Sequence record: MT028491.1
Reading direction: 5' to 3' (one strand)
Length of the DNA stretch: 64,000 bases
The notes under the pieces are model-generated. The model had not been told where the DNA came from. It worked only from the letters and a program-made list of their open reading frames with translations, and did not search any database. Below are positions 8,801-18,072 of the stretch, piece by piece. A program made the position numbers and the translations under genes. The first letter of the stretch is position 1; every line of letters starts with the position of its first letter.

Positions 8801-10684
8801 ATGGCAGACATGATTCGTATTAATGAATTGCCTGTATCCAATAATCCACAAAGAGACGACTTGATTCCTATCGATGGTGTTGACGGTACTAAGGCCGCTC
8901 AATTGGTTGACGTGGTTAAAGCCGGTACTGATCTAGCCACAGATATTGAAGCTGTTGCCGGAACTAACACAACCAAAACAATGACTCCTTTCACAACCAA
9001 GGCGGCTATCGACGCTAAGGTTGATGGTCACTTTGCGCCTTCTACAACCACAATCACAGTTGGATTTGGTATGCTTGGTGGCGGTTCGATTGCTAACAAC
9101 GTTTTTATCAATTTCTCTCAACAGACAATTGACAGTCTAGCAAAGGCCGATACTGCCGCACAAGCTGCCGATGTTTCGGCGGCTATTGCTCCATTGGCAT
9201 CGAAAAACTATGTTGATTCTGTAGCCTCTTCAAAGGTTGATAAGCCTGCCGATGGTAGTTCATCGAACCTTATTCAAGGTGATGGAAATACAAAACCCAT
9301 TGCCGATTTTGTTTTGAAATCAGAAGGTGATTTGGTCAAGAAAACCGGCGATACAATGTCTGGCGAGTTGTCAAGTACAACATCTAATAATTGGCGAATT
9401 CAACACCCATCGTCTAACACATCCATGTTTCATCGTTATGATGGTACTAATTACTACCTAATGTGTTCTGATACCATTGATGGAACTTTTAACACATTAA
9501 GACCTATTACAGTAAATTACACAACTGGTAAAACCACTATTGGAAACTCACTTCAAGTTAACAATGGTGTTACGGTTGCTTCTGGTGGTGTAAATGTAAC
9601 TAATGGTGATGTTAGAGGTAAAATTATTCACGATGATGGTGGTGGATATCTAAATATCGGCTCTTATGGTTCCGAATACGGTTCTGGTTATAGTCGTATG
9701 TGGTGGAACCAGACTGCTAAAGAATTGTCTATTTGGGATGGTTCCAATGGTAATAATGCTACTATAAAGGCATATAGATTTTCTGCTTCCAATGCTGTTT
9801 ATGCTGGTAGTGCATATATGGCAACCGATGGTAATATTGCCGGTTCCGCTTGGACTGGTGGGAGTCTATATTCACATCTTGGTTCAACCGCTATGCGAGC
9901 TTATCCAAGACGTTCCGATGGTGGTGCAATGAACTTCTATTGGTCTGGCCAAAGTGGACAACCTACATGGCTTTGGGGTGGAACCGATGGAACTAATATG
10001 TACGTCTATAATCCATCTAACTTTTCTGTTAACTATGCGGCTTCTGCTGGTAATGCCAATTCTGTAGGTGGATGGACACAACCAACTATTTCAAACCAGA
10101 TTGAAAGCCGTGCGGCTGCATATGCAGATGATAGAATTGCTAGAGCGGTTCTAAAGGGACAAGGCGATCAACGTATTGGTTATGGTGCCGGTGCTGGTAC
10201 TGGTCAAGTTGGTATGTATATTGATATCAATAGTAACGGATACCCCCTTATCTTTACAGATCGTGGAACTGGTAGAGGTTCTATTCAAATAAACTCTAAT
10301 AGTACAGTATATAATACAAGTTCTGATCATCGTCTTAAAGAAAACGTTCGTCAAATTGTTAATTATTCTATTGATATAAGCAATCTACCAGAAGCATTAG
10401 AAAGAATATTCAAGTATCGTTGGGTTGAATTCGACTGGATCGGAACAGATGTCAAGAAATATCGTGGTATTATTGCCCACGAAGTTCAAGATGTTATTCC
10501 ATTTGCTGTTGATGGTGAAAAAGACGCTGTTAATGAAGACGGAACACCGAAACACCAGATGGTTGATTACTCTAAAATGGTTCCAGATGTTGGTGCGGCT
10601 GTACAAGAATTAACACTTCTAGTTCTCAAGCAAGCCGAAGAAATTAATGAACTTAAAAAGAAAATTGAACTTCTAGGAAATTAA
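8801..10684 (+). CDS. tail fibre with C-terminal intramolecular chaperone (Peptidase S74-like)
   Basis: Gly/Ser/Thr-rich body; FYWSGQSGQPTWLWGG fibre motif; SSDHRLKENV...GIIAHEV...VDYSKMVP...AVQEL chaperone signature. Confidence 0.85.
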   Translation: MADMIRINELPVSNNPQRDDLIPIDGVDGTKAAQLVDVVKAGTDLATDIEAVAGTNTTKTMTPFTTKAAIDAKVDGHFAPSTTTITVGFGMLGGGSIANNVFINFSQQTIDSLAKADTAAQAADVSAAIAPLASKNYVDSVASSKVDKPADGSSSNLIQGDGNTKPIADFVLKSEGDLVKKTGDTMSGELSSTTSNNWRIQHPSSNTSMFHRYDGTNYYLMCSDTIDGTFNTLRPITVNYTTGKTTIGNSLQVNNGVTVASGGVNVTNGDVRGKIIHDDGGGYLNIGSYGSEYGSGYSRMWWNQTAKELSIWDGSNGNNATIKAYRFSASNAVYAGSAYMATDGNIAGSAWTGGSLYSHLGSTAMRAYPRRSDGGAMNFYWSGQSGQPTWLWGGTDGTNMYVYNPSNFSVNYAASAGNANSVGGWTQPTISNQIESRAAAYADDRIARAVLKGQGDQRIGYGAGAGTGQVGMYIDINSNGYPLIFTDRGTGRGSIQINSNSTVYNTSSDHRLKENVRQIVNYSIDISNLPEALERIFKYRWVEFDWIGTDVKKYRGIIAHEVQDVIPFAVDGEKDAVNEDGTPKHQMVDYSKMVPDVGAAVQELTLLVLKQAEEINELKKKIELLGN

Positions 10685-10687
10685 TTA

Positions 10688-12331
10688 ATGACTACAATTC
10701 GAATTACTGAATTGGATAGGAATACTAGCCCTTCCAAAACAGATTTGCTTGCTACCGACAATACAACAACTGGAACAAGAGCATCTACTATTGAAGAAGC
10801 TGTTAATTCAGTTGTCAAGAAAGCCAATAATGAAGAGGCTGTAACCGGTACAGACAATACCAAATTCATGACTCCAGAAAGCACTAAGACCGCAATTGAT
10901 GGTCTTAGTGTTCCTAAAACTCGCACTATTAGCACCACTTCTGATTTAACAGGTGGTGGAGCGCTTACAGGTAATTTAACAATTGGACTTTCATCTGGTG
11001 TAATTGCAAATTTAGCCAAAGCAAATACATCAGTTCAACCAGAACAACTTGAATTAAAACTTGACAAACCGTCTGGTGGTACAAATGGAGATTTGATTCG
11101 CGGTGATGGTTCTCTTGTTGCGGCGAATACCTTTGCAACAAACACTCAAGGTGCTTTAGCTGATACTGCCGTTCAACCGTCTCAATTAACTGCATATGCA
11201 CTCAAATCAGAAAATGATTTGAAGCTGGATAAACCAGTTGATGGAACAGCTAACAACATCATCAAAGGTGATGGTACAATTGTAGAATTAAGCACTTTGG
11301 CAACTTCTGACCAAGGAACGAAAGCCGATAATGCTGTATTATTTACCGGTCAAAATCTTACTGAAACACAAAAATCACAAGCAAGAAACAACATTGGTAC
11401 AGACTATCTAAACCCATATAGAAACAAATTATTGAATGGGGGATTTAGTGTCGCACAAAGAGGAAATGGACCATTTACACAAAATGAATACACACTAGAT
11501 CGATGGTACTTATTTAATGGTTCTGGTTCTGTAAATGAAATAAAAAGAATTAACACTACAACCAACGATTATAGCAGTGGAGTTCTTCCAAGATCAACAC
11601 AATATAACGTTGAATGGAAGAGAAGTGCTTCTGGAACAGAAACAAGTTGGTTTGGCCAGCGTATTGAAGGTGTACATCATCTAACTGGTCGAAAAATTAC
11701 TTTAACATTTTATGCCAAAGCTTTACAGCCAGTTAAACTTTTCCCATACGTCCACCAATCTTTCGATAATGTTGAAGCTGATCCTCTATACACACCATTT
11801 CCAGATGTTAACATAACAACAGAATGGCAAAAATTTACTTATACAATAGATTTACCGCTATCATTAAACATTGATACAATTGGTTATAATAGTTATGCTA
11901 ATATTTTTTTCAACTGGTATAATACAGAACCAAATACAACTATAACTATATCAAGAATATCCGTAGTTGAAGGTGATGCAACTTTAGAAAGTGATCCATT
12001 TTCACCAAGGCACATTCAACAAGAATTAGCTCTTTGTCAAAGATATTATCAAAATTCTATTGTTAGATTTAAAGTTGGACAAACCCAAGTAGGACAGACA
12101 TTTTACATAACTAGTCAATCCCTTCCAGTTGAAATGAGAATAATTCCAACAATCACTTCCAATAATCAAAGTGTGTTTACTCAAAATAATACGGACACTA
12201 TAACAACATCATCAAATTTAATTGTGGCAATCACCGCGACCACAAAAACATTAAGAATTAACGGACAATACAACGGCGCGGGAAATACATCTGGATTTTC
12301 TTGTGATGTATTTGCTATGGCCGAATTATAA
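10688..12331 (+). CDS. tail fibre / receptor-binding protein with C-terminal carbohydrate-binding-like module
   Basis: LDKPxGGT..IRGDG repeats; KADNAVLFTGQNLTETQKSQARNNIG; RNKLLNGGFSVAQRG...EGD...ELALCQRYY...PVEMRIIPT. Confidence 0.85.
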   Translation: MTTIRITELDRNTSPSKTDLLATDNTTTGTRASTIEEAVNSVVKKANNEEAVTGTDNTKFMTPESTKTAIDGLSVPKTRTISTTSDLTGGGALTGNLTIGLSSGVIANLAKANTSVQPEQLELKLDKPSGGTNGDLIRGDGSLVAANTFATNTQGALADTAVQPSQLTAYALKSENDLKLDKPVDGTANNIIKGDGTIVELSTLATSDQGTKADNAVLFTGQNLTETQKSQARNNIGTDYLNPYRNKLLNGGFSVAQRGNGPFTQNEYTLDRWYLFNGSGSVNEIKRINTTTNDYSSGVLPRSTQYNVEWKRSASGTETSWFGQRIEGVHHLTGRKITLTFYAKALQPVKLFPYVHQSFDNVEADPLYTPFPDVNITTEWQKFTYTIDLPLSLNIDTIGYNSYANIFFNWYNTEPNTTITISRISVVEGDATLESDPFSPRHIQQELALCQRYYQNSIVRFKVGQTQVGQTFYITSQSLPVEMRIIPTITSNNQSVFTQNNTDTITTSSNLIVAITATTKTLRINGQYNGAGNTSGFSCDVFAMAEL

Positions 12332-12335
12332 AACT

Positions 12336-12363
12336 AAAAAAGGGAGTCGAAAGACTCCCTTTT
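12336..12363. terminator. bidirectional intrinsic terminator
   Basis: AAAAA-GGGAGTC-GAAA-GACTCCC-TTTT. Confidence 0.85.
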
Positions 12364-12419
12364 CTTATGTAGACTTTTATTCTAGTCATTCACAGAGAAT
12401 TTTACGGATTATGATTAAC

Positions 12420-12523
12420 ACGCAAGGGCATTCGTTTCCTTGCATAACGTTGGTACATTCCGCTTCTCTGATTGGTATGCTCTGGTAATGACTCGAAACC
12501 AGCCGGAAACACGTACCAACGTT
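12420..12523 (-). ncRNA. candidate structured RNA / processing element
   Basis: Perfect 11-bp stem 12446-12456/12513-12523 enclosing nested stems, followed by an 8-bp hairpin that needs a U-G pair on the minus strand. Confidence 0.4.
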
Positions 12524-12724
12524 TTATTTCGTAATTTTATCTTTTGCCGCATTTTTAGCGGCATTTGCAGTTGGATAATTCACTGTACTGACAAAATTAT
12601 CGTTAAGGTCTTTCAACCGCCACGTATTATTTGCCATAGCCACAGCTATCATTACCAACTTATCATCAGCAAAGATTTGTGCATAATCTTTGTATTTCTT
12701 CATCGTGATTTTCATTTTGATCAC
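12524..12724 (-). CDS. hypothetical basic protein
   Basis: 66 aa ORF downstream of a promoter. Confidence 0.6.
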   Translation of the reverse strand: MIKMKITMKKYKDYAQIFADDKLVMIAVAMANNTWRLKDLNDNFVSTVNYPTANAAKNAAKDKITK

Positions 12725-12749
12725 CTAATTGATTTCTTTCGATGATCTT

Positions 12750-12778
12750 AACTTAAAGAATACGATTTAGATTGTCAA
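12750..12778 (-). promoter_or_regulatory. sigma70-like early promoter
   Basis: TTGACA-N17-TAAGTT. Confidence 0.65.
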
Positions 12779-13029
12779 TCACTTTCTTTTAGTTTTTTGA
12801 CAATTTCATATGTAACAGTCTTTTTGACCAGATAGGGAATTGTTCCAGTATCCAAATCACCTTCGATGATAGAATTGGCTTTTGCTAAAGCATCTTCTTC
12901 ATCTTCGGCAATAATCATATAAAGATATTGCTTGGTTTCTTTATTATTTGCTGGTTCGAAGTCCAAGAGATTATAGTAGGTTTCTCTTTCACCAAGTTCT
13001 TTTACATGTTCCTCAATTGTTTTGCTCAT
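12775..13029 (-). CDS. hypothetical protein
   Basis: 84 aa ORF. Confidence 0.6.
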   Translation of the reverse strand: MSKTIEEHVKELGERETYYNLLDFEPANNKETKQYLYMIIAEDEEDALAKANSIIEGDLDTGTIPYLVKKTVTYEIVKKLKESD

Positions 13030-13258
13030 TGTCTACCTCGATTCCTTTTCTCTTTAGCCAATCCCTACCCTTGTGAGTTGCTATCATGATTGATGATTTG
13101 GATCGATGTCCACCCCTATTTTGACGGGTTTTCAAAAGATATCCTTGCCTTTGAAGTCTTCGAACCAATCCCCTATCAGAAGGTGGAAAACCTCTATAAT
13201 CGACAAGCAATCCAAGAGTCGCGGCGCGCTTTAAAATAGCTTCCTTGGTAACGAACAT
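13013..13258 (-). CDS. small basic, possibly winged-helix DNA-binding protein
   Basis: VRRLQRQGYL...IATHKGRDWL resembles a wHTH wing. Confidence 0.5.
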   Translation of the reverse strand: MFVTKEAILKRAATLGLLVDYRGFPPSDRGLVRRLQRQGYLLKTRQNRGGHRSKSSIMIATHKGRDWLKRKGIEVDNEQNN

Positions 13259-13530
13259 TATTTCTTTTTCCTTGGTATCAATTCATTACCATGAAATACG
13301 TTCTGAGACACGTTGAATTCCACTGCCAAGGTTTTGGTAAATTTGGAAGTCCAAAAGTGAATCGGTCCCGCCCATAGCTGAAAGGCAAATTTGTCATGAT
13401 TGGCAAAAGGGATATCCTTAGCCGTTCGATAATCGAATTTTGCCCAACGAAACGGGATAAAATGCAAACTGAAATAATATCCCAAAACCGTTACAGATAG
13501 CGACAAATCAATGTTCTTAATCTTTTTCAT
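13258..13530 (-). CDS. hypothetical protein
   Basis: 90 aa ORF coupled to its neighbours. Confidence 0.6.
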   Translation of the reverse strand: MKKIKNIDLSLSVTVLGYYFSLHFIPFRWAKFDYRTAKDIPFANHDKFAFQLWAGPIHFWTSKFTKTLAVEFNVSQNVFHGNELIPRKKK

Positions 13531-13739
13531 TTCGTGAATACAACCGAAACAGAAGTAACAATGATCTTAGCGGCATGATAAGGCCAGATCAGAAGTTCCG
13601 TAATATGAAGTTCCTTGGCAACAACCATGTCACCATTCTGATCTTTCTTCATATCAGGTATAACAGATACCATTGCATAAAGAACCATGCCAAGAACATA
13701 GAGAATAAGAATAATTGCAATCAAAATAAACGTAAACAT
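13527..13739 (-). CDS. small membrane protein
   Basis: N-terminal TM helix and LLIWP motif. Confidence 0.6.
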   Translation of the reverse strand: MFTFILIAIILILYVLGMVLYAMVSVIPDMKKDQNGDMVVAKELHITELLIWPYHAAKIIVTSVSVVFTK

Positions 13740-14420
13740 TTAGCACCACCATTGAGCTATCATAGGACGAAGTTCATTAATCGCGGCATCATCCAATAAC
13801 CGCATTTTAGTAAGATACCATCGGATTTCATAAGGAACGGCAGGAACCCAAGTATCATCGTTTTTTAGATGAACAAAATGGTCCCACTCCCTAGGTGTTC
13901 CGTCCTTATTCATGATGGAATTAGTGTAAGGATAATGACCATAATCAACATATATTACAAAATCTCTTGGATCAGGATCGGCATTTTTACTACCACCATA
14001 ACGCCAGCGCTCAAAAGCATATGCAATATCATCATCGTATGAATGCCATTTGTTGGCATAATATGCGCCCGGATAAAATATGATGTCAGTATCTTCATCA
14101 CCAATATTGACAAAGCTTACCAACTCATACCCGTTTGCTCTATCCTTTTGATCGACTTCAAGAGCGTCTTTGCCGAAACTAGTAAACACTTTTGAAAGAA
14201 GTACCGGTTCTCCAACAAATGGCATGGCTGGATTAGTTTCCATATAATGACCAAAAGAACCCTTAAGGTCTTCTCTAGGAATAATCATATCTTCATATTT
14301 AAGATCGGCAAACCTACTCCAAAGGTCGTCACCTTCATCATCAAACTTTTCCAAGCAAAGAGAATTGAATTTTTCAATCGGCATTCCCCAACCGATACCA
14401 CGATGTAATCTAATACCCAT
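13740..14420 (-). CDS. hypothetical phage protein
   Basis: 226 aa ORF, MGIRLHRGIGWG start. Confidence 0.75.
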   Translation of the reverse strand: MGIRLHRGIGWGMPIEKFNSLCLEKFDDEGDDLWSRFADLKYEDMIIPREDLKGSFGHYMETNPAMPFVGEPVLLSKVFTSFGKDALEVDQKDRANGYELVSFVNIGDEDTDIIFYPGAYYANKWHSYDDDIAYAFERWRYGGSKNADPDPRDFVIYVDYGHYPYTNSIMNKDGTPREWDHFVHLKNDDTWVPAVPYEIRWYLTKMRLLDDAAINELRPMIAQWWC

Positions 14421-14422
14421 TA

Positions 14423-14626
14423 TTAAACCTTCTTTTTAAACGTGTTTTTAGTAAACATTCCCATGATTATCATTATGGTGTAAATGGGCCATAGAACTAT
14501 CATGGTAACTTTAAATGAATATGGAATTCGAACGTCTTTAATTTCATCCGATACCAACATCAGGACGAACAGAAACATTCCGGGTAAATAACAAAACACA
14601 AACAGACAAAAGAAAAATGTCGCCAT
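14423..14626 (-). CDS. small membrane protein
   Basis: Two TM segments, IVLWP motif. Confidence 0.6.
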   Translation of the reverse strand: MATFFFCLFVFCYLPGMFLFVLMLVSDEIKDVRIPYSFKVTMIVLWPIYTIMIIMGMFTKNTFKKKV

Positions 14627-14628
14627 GA

Positions 14629-14793
14629 TTATTTCATCCGGCGCAAAATCTCTTTACCAGTCTTTTGGTAAAGTTTCTTCCAATCTTCCATTTCCTTTTT
14701 AGTGAATGCTTCATTCATCCACCAAAAAGCATTTTCATGTTCTCTTAATAGGCGATCATTATCCCATTTCTTATCAAATTTAGGTACTGGCAT
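14629..14793 (-). CDS. hypothetical protein
   Basis: Manually translated 54 aa, MPVPKFDKKWDNDRLLREH...; AAGG RBS. Confidence 0.55.
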   Translation of the reverse strand: MPVPKFDKKWDNDRLLREHENAFWWMNEAFTKKEMEDWKKLYQKTGKEILRRMK

Positions 14794-14799
14794 CAAACC

Positions 14800-15012
14800 T
14801 TAACAATGAACCTTTCTCACCAGTTTACCGTCTGTATAAGCTTCAACTTCGGTAACTGTTTCATTAGGAAAGGCTGTATGAAATTCCTTTCCAGCTTCGT
14901 TAATAAATGTCGTTATGAATTCTCTTTCTGGTATATAATCAAACCAGTCATTCGAAATAGTAGTAGCGAACGACTTTCCATTCACCTTAATTTCGATATG
15001 CTTAATATCCAT
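14800..15012 (-). CDS. hypothetical protein
   Basis: 70 aa ORF with RBS. Confidence 0.6.
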   Translation of the reverse strand: MDIKHIEIKVNGKSFATTISNDWFDYIPEREFITTFINEAGKEFHTAFPNETVTEVEAYTDGKLVRKVHC

Positions 15013-15027
15013 AACGCAACCCCTTTG

Positions 15028-15255
15028 TTAATGAACTTTAGTCTTAACTTTACTCGATTCGACTAAAGAACGCAAAGTTATTTCCGCATTCTTTATGTCG
15101 GTCTTAGCCTTGTGCAACTCTTCCAAAGCGTTTTCAAAATTCGATTCACGCATGATGCCGCGAACGTTTTTTATACGGATTTCAGCCCGTTCTAGGAATC
15201 TTGCAATTGGCATGTCACTTACCCCATCCATAATAAAAGTAAGTGCATATAACAC
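15028..15255 (-). CDS. hypothetical helical protein
   Basis: 75 aa ORF. Confidence 0.55.
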   Translation of the reverse strand: MLYALTFIMDGVSDMPIARFLERAEIRIKNVRGIMRESNFENALEELHKAKTDIKNAEITLRSLVESSKVKTKVH

Positions 15256-15260
15256 GAAAG

Positions 15261-15647
15261 TTAAATGAATGTCAATGGACCAGCAAAAACGAATAAACCG
15301 ACATATGGACTAAGCACAATAGAATAAAAAAATTTACACAATACATGCCCAAGCTGATCTTGATTGAACGTTATGTACTTGTCACATTTTGCATTATCCA
15401 ATAGCCAATGACAAGACAATTCCATCATACCAAATCCCAATGCAAGAACATGGTTTCCGGTTGCAATAGCGACAATGATAGCCACAAATCCAGCATGAAT
15501 AAAACAATGAGCAAACATTGCATGTTTCCAAGGAATAATCTCTTTTTCCTTGTGAGGATTTTTCTCTGTTGCCAAAATACCCTGTAACGGATAATCAGCC
15601 AAGAAATGAGCAAAAACGAACAGCAAGAAAATCTCAACCATAATCAA
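15261..15647 (-). CDS. DUF3307-like membrane protein
   Basis: AHFLADYPLQ...HCFIH...HWLLD conserved His pattern with TM helices. Confidence 0.7.
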   Translation of the reverse strand: MIMVEIFLLFVFAHFLADYPLQGILATEKNPHKEKEIIPWKHAMFAHCFIHAGFVAIIVAIATGNHVLALGFGMMELSCHWLLDNAKCDKYITFNQDQLGHVLCKFFYSIVLSPYVGLFVFAGPLTFI

Positions 15648-16132
15648 CCCTCTAATGTTTCTGTGTGAATTTTTCTAATAGCTTGAAAAAATCCATTGGC
15701 TTCTTTTAAAATCCATGTTGAGGTTTCATCAAACGTCTTCATATCCGTTACCTGTATTGTCCCGTCCTTATCATGACCATGCCAATTGATATCGATTCTA
15801 TTGTTAAATGAAACCGCACGTTGATTCCTAACAATATGTCGATATGACATTATACCGTCTTTATAAACAGATAAATCAACATATATGTCAGCATCAAACC
15901 ATTCCAGTTGAACAATATGTTCTGACTTAACCCCTATTCTCAAATTTTGAGCATTCAAAAAGGCATATGGGATAGTAATGTATGGGATATACTCAAAACC
16001 TTGATAAAAAAGTCCTCTTGGTGATAAGACAAATTTATCAGTATTGCTTATAATATCTCCCCATGGATCAAGACCGGTATGATACGCAAACGTCATACCG
16101 AACCTTCTTAACTGGTCTTTAGAAAACGTCAT
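15644..16132 (-). CDS. hypothetical early protein, C-terminal-His paralog family
   Basis: 162 aa; LSVYKDG ... FFQAIRKIH. Confidence 0.7.
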   Translation of the reverse strand: MTFSKDQLRRFGMTFAYHTGLDPWGDIISNTDKFVLSPRGLFYQGFEYIPYITIPYAFLNAQNLRIGVKSEHIVQLEWFDADIYVDLSVYKDGIMSYRHIVRNQRAVSFNNRIDINWHGHDKDGTIQVTDMKTFDETSTWILKEANGFFQAIRKIHTETLEG

Positions 16133-16668
16133 TCTGGATAATCAGTCAGTGCTTTCCAAGGGGTATCATCACCACCTTCAATGACGCTTTCGAGATAATC
16201 AGCAATGTGATGTGGACGAATATTTGTATGATCGTTCCATTCCGCAAGGCTACATAGATTTTCTGTGTCTGCATTACGCGGATTGAATACCTTCTTCATA
16301 GCCTTTATGAATTTATCAGCCATGATACCATCATCACCACGATAATCGCCATTTGGGTATAGATGATTAAACATACCGTCACCAGAATGCATACCCAATT
16401 TGATACGGGCTTCTTCTGGCATCTGATATTCTTCTTTTTTAGCACCAAACACCAAAATTTTATAACCACTGTCATTTTTAATAGGCATTGGCAGATTCAA
16501 TGTCACACCTTCAATGCCAAGAAAATGTGTCATATGACCAAGACAACAACGCGCATTACTAGCATCAGCCAAATGACCTTGTGCCTTACGCAAACCCTTT
16601 GTCCGAAGACCTTCAATGACCAGATTGCGATTTGCCAGAATTTCCGAACGCTTCATAATTAACCTCAC
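16129..16668 (-). CDS. hypothetical phage protein
   Basis: 179 aa; CCLG...WND...IADYLE pattern seen in phage accessory proteins. Confidence 0.7.
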   Translation of the reverse strand: MRLIMKRSEILANRNLVIEGLRTKGLRKAQGHLADASNARCCLGHMTHFLGIEGVTLNLPMPIKNDSGYKILVFGAKKEEYQMPEEARIKLGMHSGDGMFNHLYPNGDYRGDDGIMADKFIKAMKKVFNPRNADTENLCSLAEWNDHTNIRPHHIADYLESVIEGGDDTPWKALTDYPE

Positions 16669-16988
16669 AATTTTTGATGTGTTGTAACCAGTGTTTTCCT
16701 ATCCTTATCATATGCGATAGGAATTACAATATCTTGATCATCACTGATTATATAATGAATTGAAATACGATTGGTTTGTTTATAACAATCGCCACGATGA
16801 CGAAACGTCTTTAGAACACCATTGACCATTAGCTTAACAATACCAGATTGATTTCTAACTACCATGAGAAGATCATTATAGGTGATCTTATTGATGGTAA
16901 TGCCAAATCTTTCGGCAAGACGATTCTTAAAATGTTGACGCTGGCAAAGTGTCTTAGTCGGTCTTTTCCTCTTCATGTTGATATTCAA
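16665..16988 (-). CDS. hypothetical basic protein
   Basis: 107 aa; HFKNRLAERFGI. Confidence 0.65.
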   Translation of the reverse strand: MNINMKRKRPTKTLCQRQHFKNRLAERFGITINKITYNDLLMVVRNQSGIVKLMVNGVLKTFRHRGDCYKQTNRISIHYIISDDQDIVIPIAYDKDRKTLVTTHQKL

Positions 16989-17187
16989 CTTTCTTACGGC
17001 TCAAGTGCGCGGGTGCGCGCCTGTTCCACCAGTTAATAGCAAGTTCCAATGTATCCATATCTGGTGTCATTACATGACCAGACTCACACCTAATGTTCCA
17101 ACCATATGGACGCCAGCTTTCGCCACCGCGTCCAACAATTGGGTTATCACCACACATTGGGCAAGTTCTGATCTTGTAAGTCTTCAT
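16954..17187 (-). CDS. Lar-family restriction-alleviation-like protein
   Basis: CPMCG...IRCESGH...LAINWWNRRA matches the Lar family pattern (CPFCG...C...AIxxWNRR). Confidence 0.6.
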   Translation of the reverse strand: MKTYKIRTCPMCGDNPIVGRGGESWRPYGWNIRCESGHVMTPDMDTLELAINWWNRRAPAHLSRKKVEYQHEEEKTD

Positions 17188-17675
17188 TTCAGCACCATTC
17201 TGAAACCTTTGTTGACTTCTACAAAGACAATATAACAGGCTTCGAATCTAGAACCCCATTGTCCAAACGGAAAGCTTCTTACTTGATCACCATCATGATC
17301 CAAAACCTTCAATTCGTTTTTGATCTTTTCGGCTTCTTTGTAAGGCAATTTCCTCAAGACATCATCATAATCAATAAGATATCCAAATTTTCTTTGAATG
17401 ATCTTACCAGCTTCAATAGCCTTGTCTTTATCACTGTATAGATCGATAACCATAAAATTATCACTATCATCAGTGTTTACAGAATCGTAATTCCTATAAG
17501 TACAATAGACAAGATATCCTTCGGTCAAAGTGGCATCGGAAGGAATAAATGTTTCGACGTAAACATTATCGTCTTTGGGTTGCCCTGTGTGAACCATCAT
17601 CCGATCATAGTCAAAATACATCCACTTTGTTTCATCATTCGTCCATTCGCGACTCATTAAATTCTCCATAAACAA
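17184..17675 (-). CDS. hypothetical protein
   Basis: 163 aa ORF; start likely MENL. Confidence 0.7.
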   Translation of the reverse strand: MFMENLMSREWTNDETKWMYFDYDRMMVHTGQPKDDNVYVETFIPSDATLTEGYLVYCTYRNYDSVNTDDSDNFMVIDLYSDKDKAIEAGKIIQRKFGYLIDYDDVLRKLPYKEAEKIKNELKVLDHDGDQVRSFPFGQWGSRFEACYIVFVEVNKGFRMVLK

Positions 17676-17723
17676 AAACCGATATTAGGTTTTATATTAT
17701 CCTAATATCGGTTTTAATGTCAA
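17675..17723 (-). promoter_or_regulatory. early promoter embedded in a perfect 15-bp inverted repeat
   Basis: TTGACA at 17718-17723; arms 17675-17689 and 17701-17715 with the -10 element in the loop. Confidence 0.6.
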
Positions 17724-17736
17724 TCAAAAGATATCT

Positions 17737-18009
17737 TTAGATACCAATTTCATCACTGCCAAGCATTGCTTCACCTTCGGAAGTCAGTTCAAGTAGTCGC
17801 GGAGATTTGCGGCCCGGAGTCGTAAACAAGTGCGAAATTTCATTCTTTTCCTGTACGGAAATCATGATGTCGTCACAAGCAAAAGCGCCGATTGCAAAAT
17901 GCGTATGAGGGGTAACGAATTCAGGAACCCAACGACCGCGTGACACTTCCTTTTCCTTGATGAACTTGAGGAAATTTACCTGAGTAGCGGTAAGAGTCTG
18001 CTTCTGCAT
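17737..18009 (-). CDS. hypothetical protein, possible winged helix
   Basis: LTATQVNFL...LELTSEGEAML. Confidence 0.6.
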   Translation of the reverse strand: MQKQTLTATQVNFLKFIKEKEVSRGRWVPEFVTPHTHFAIGAFACDDIMISVQEKNEISHLFTTPGRKSPRLLELTSEGEAMLGSDEIGI

Positions 18010-18072
18010 TATATGTTCTCCTATGTTATTTCTGTCTAAATTTTAGTTTATTTTTATTAAAATTTTAACTAA

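Noticed and set aside
10681-11201. Minus-strand ORFs inside the 547 aa fibre gene, and similar antisense ORFs in other long genes
   Set aside because: They overlap well-supported genes on the opposite strand and show shadow-frame composition.
12446-12523. Hammerhead or twister ribozyme
   Set aside because: The CUGAUGA/GAAA core is not intact (CUGAUUG on the plus strand) and no twister consensus was recognised.
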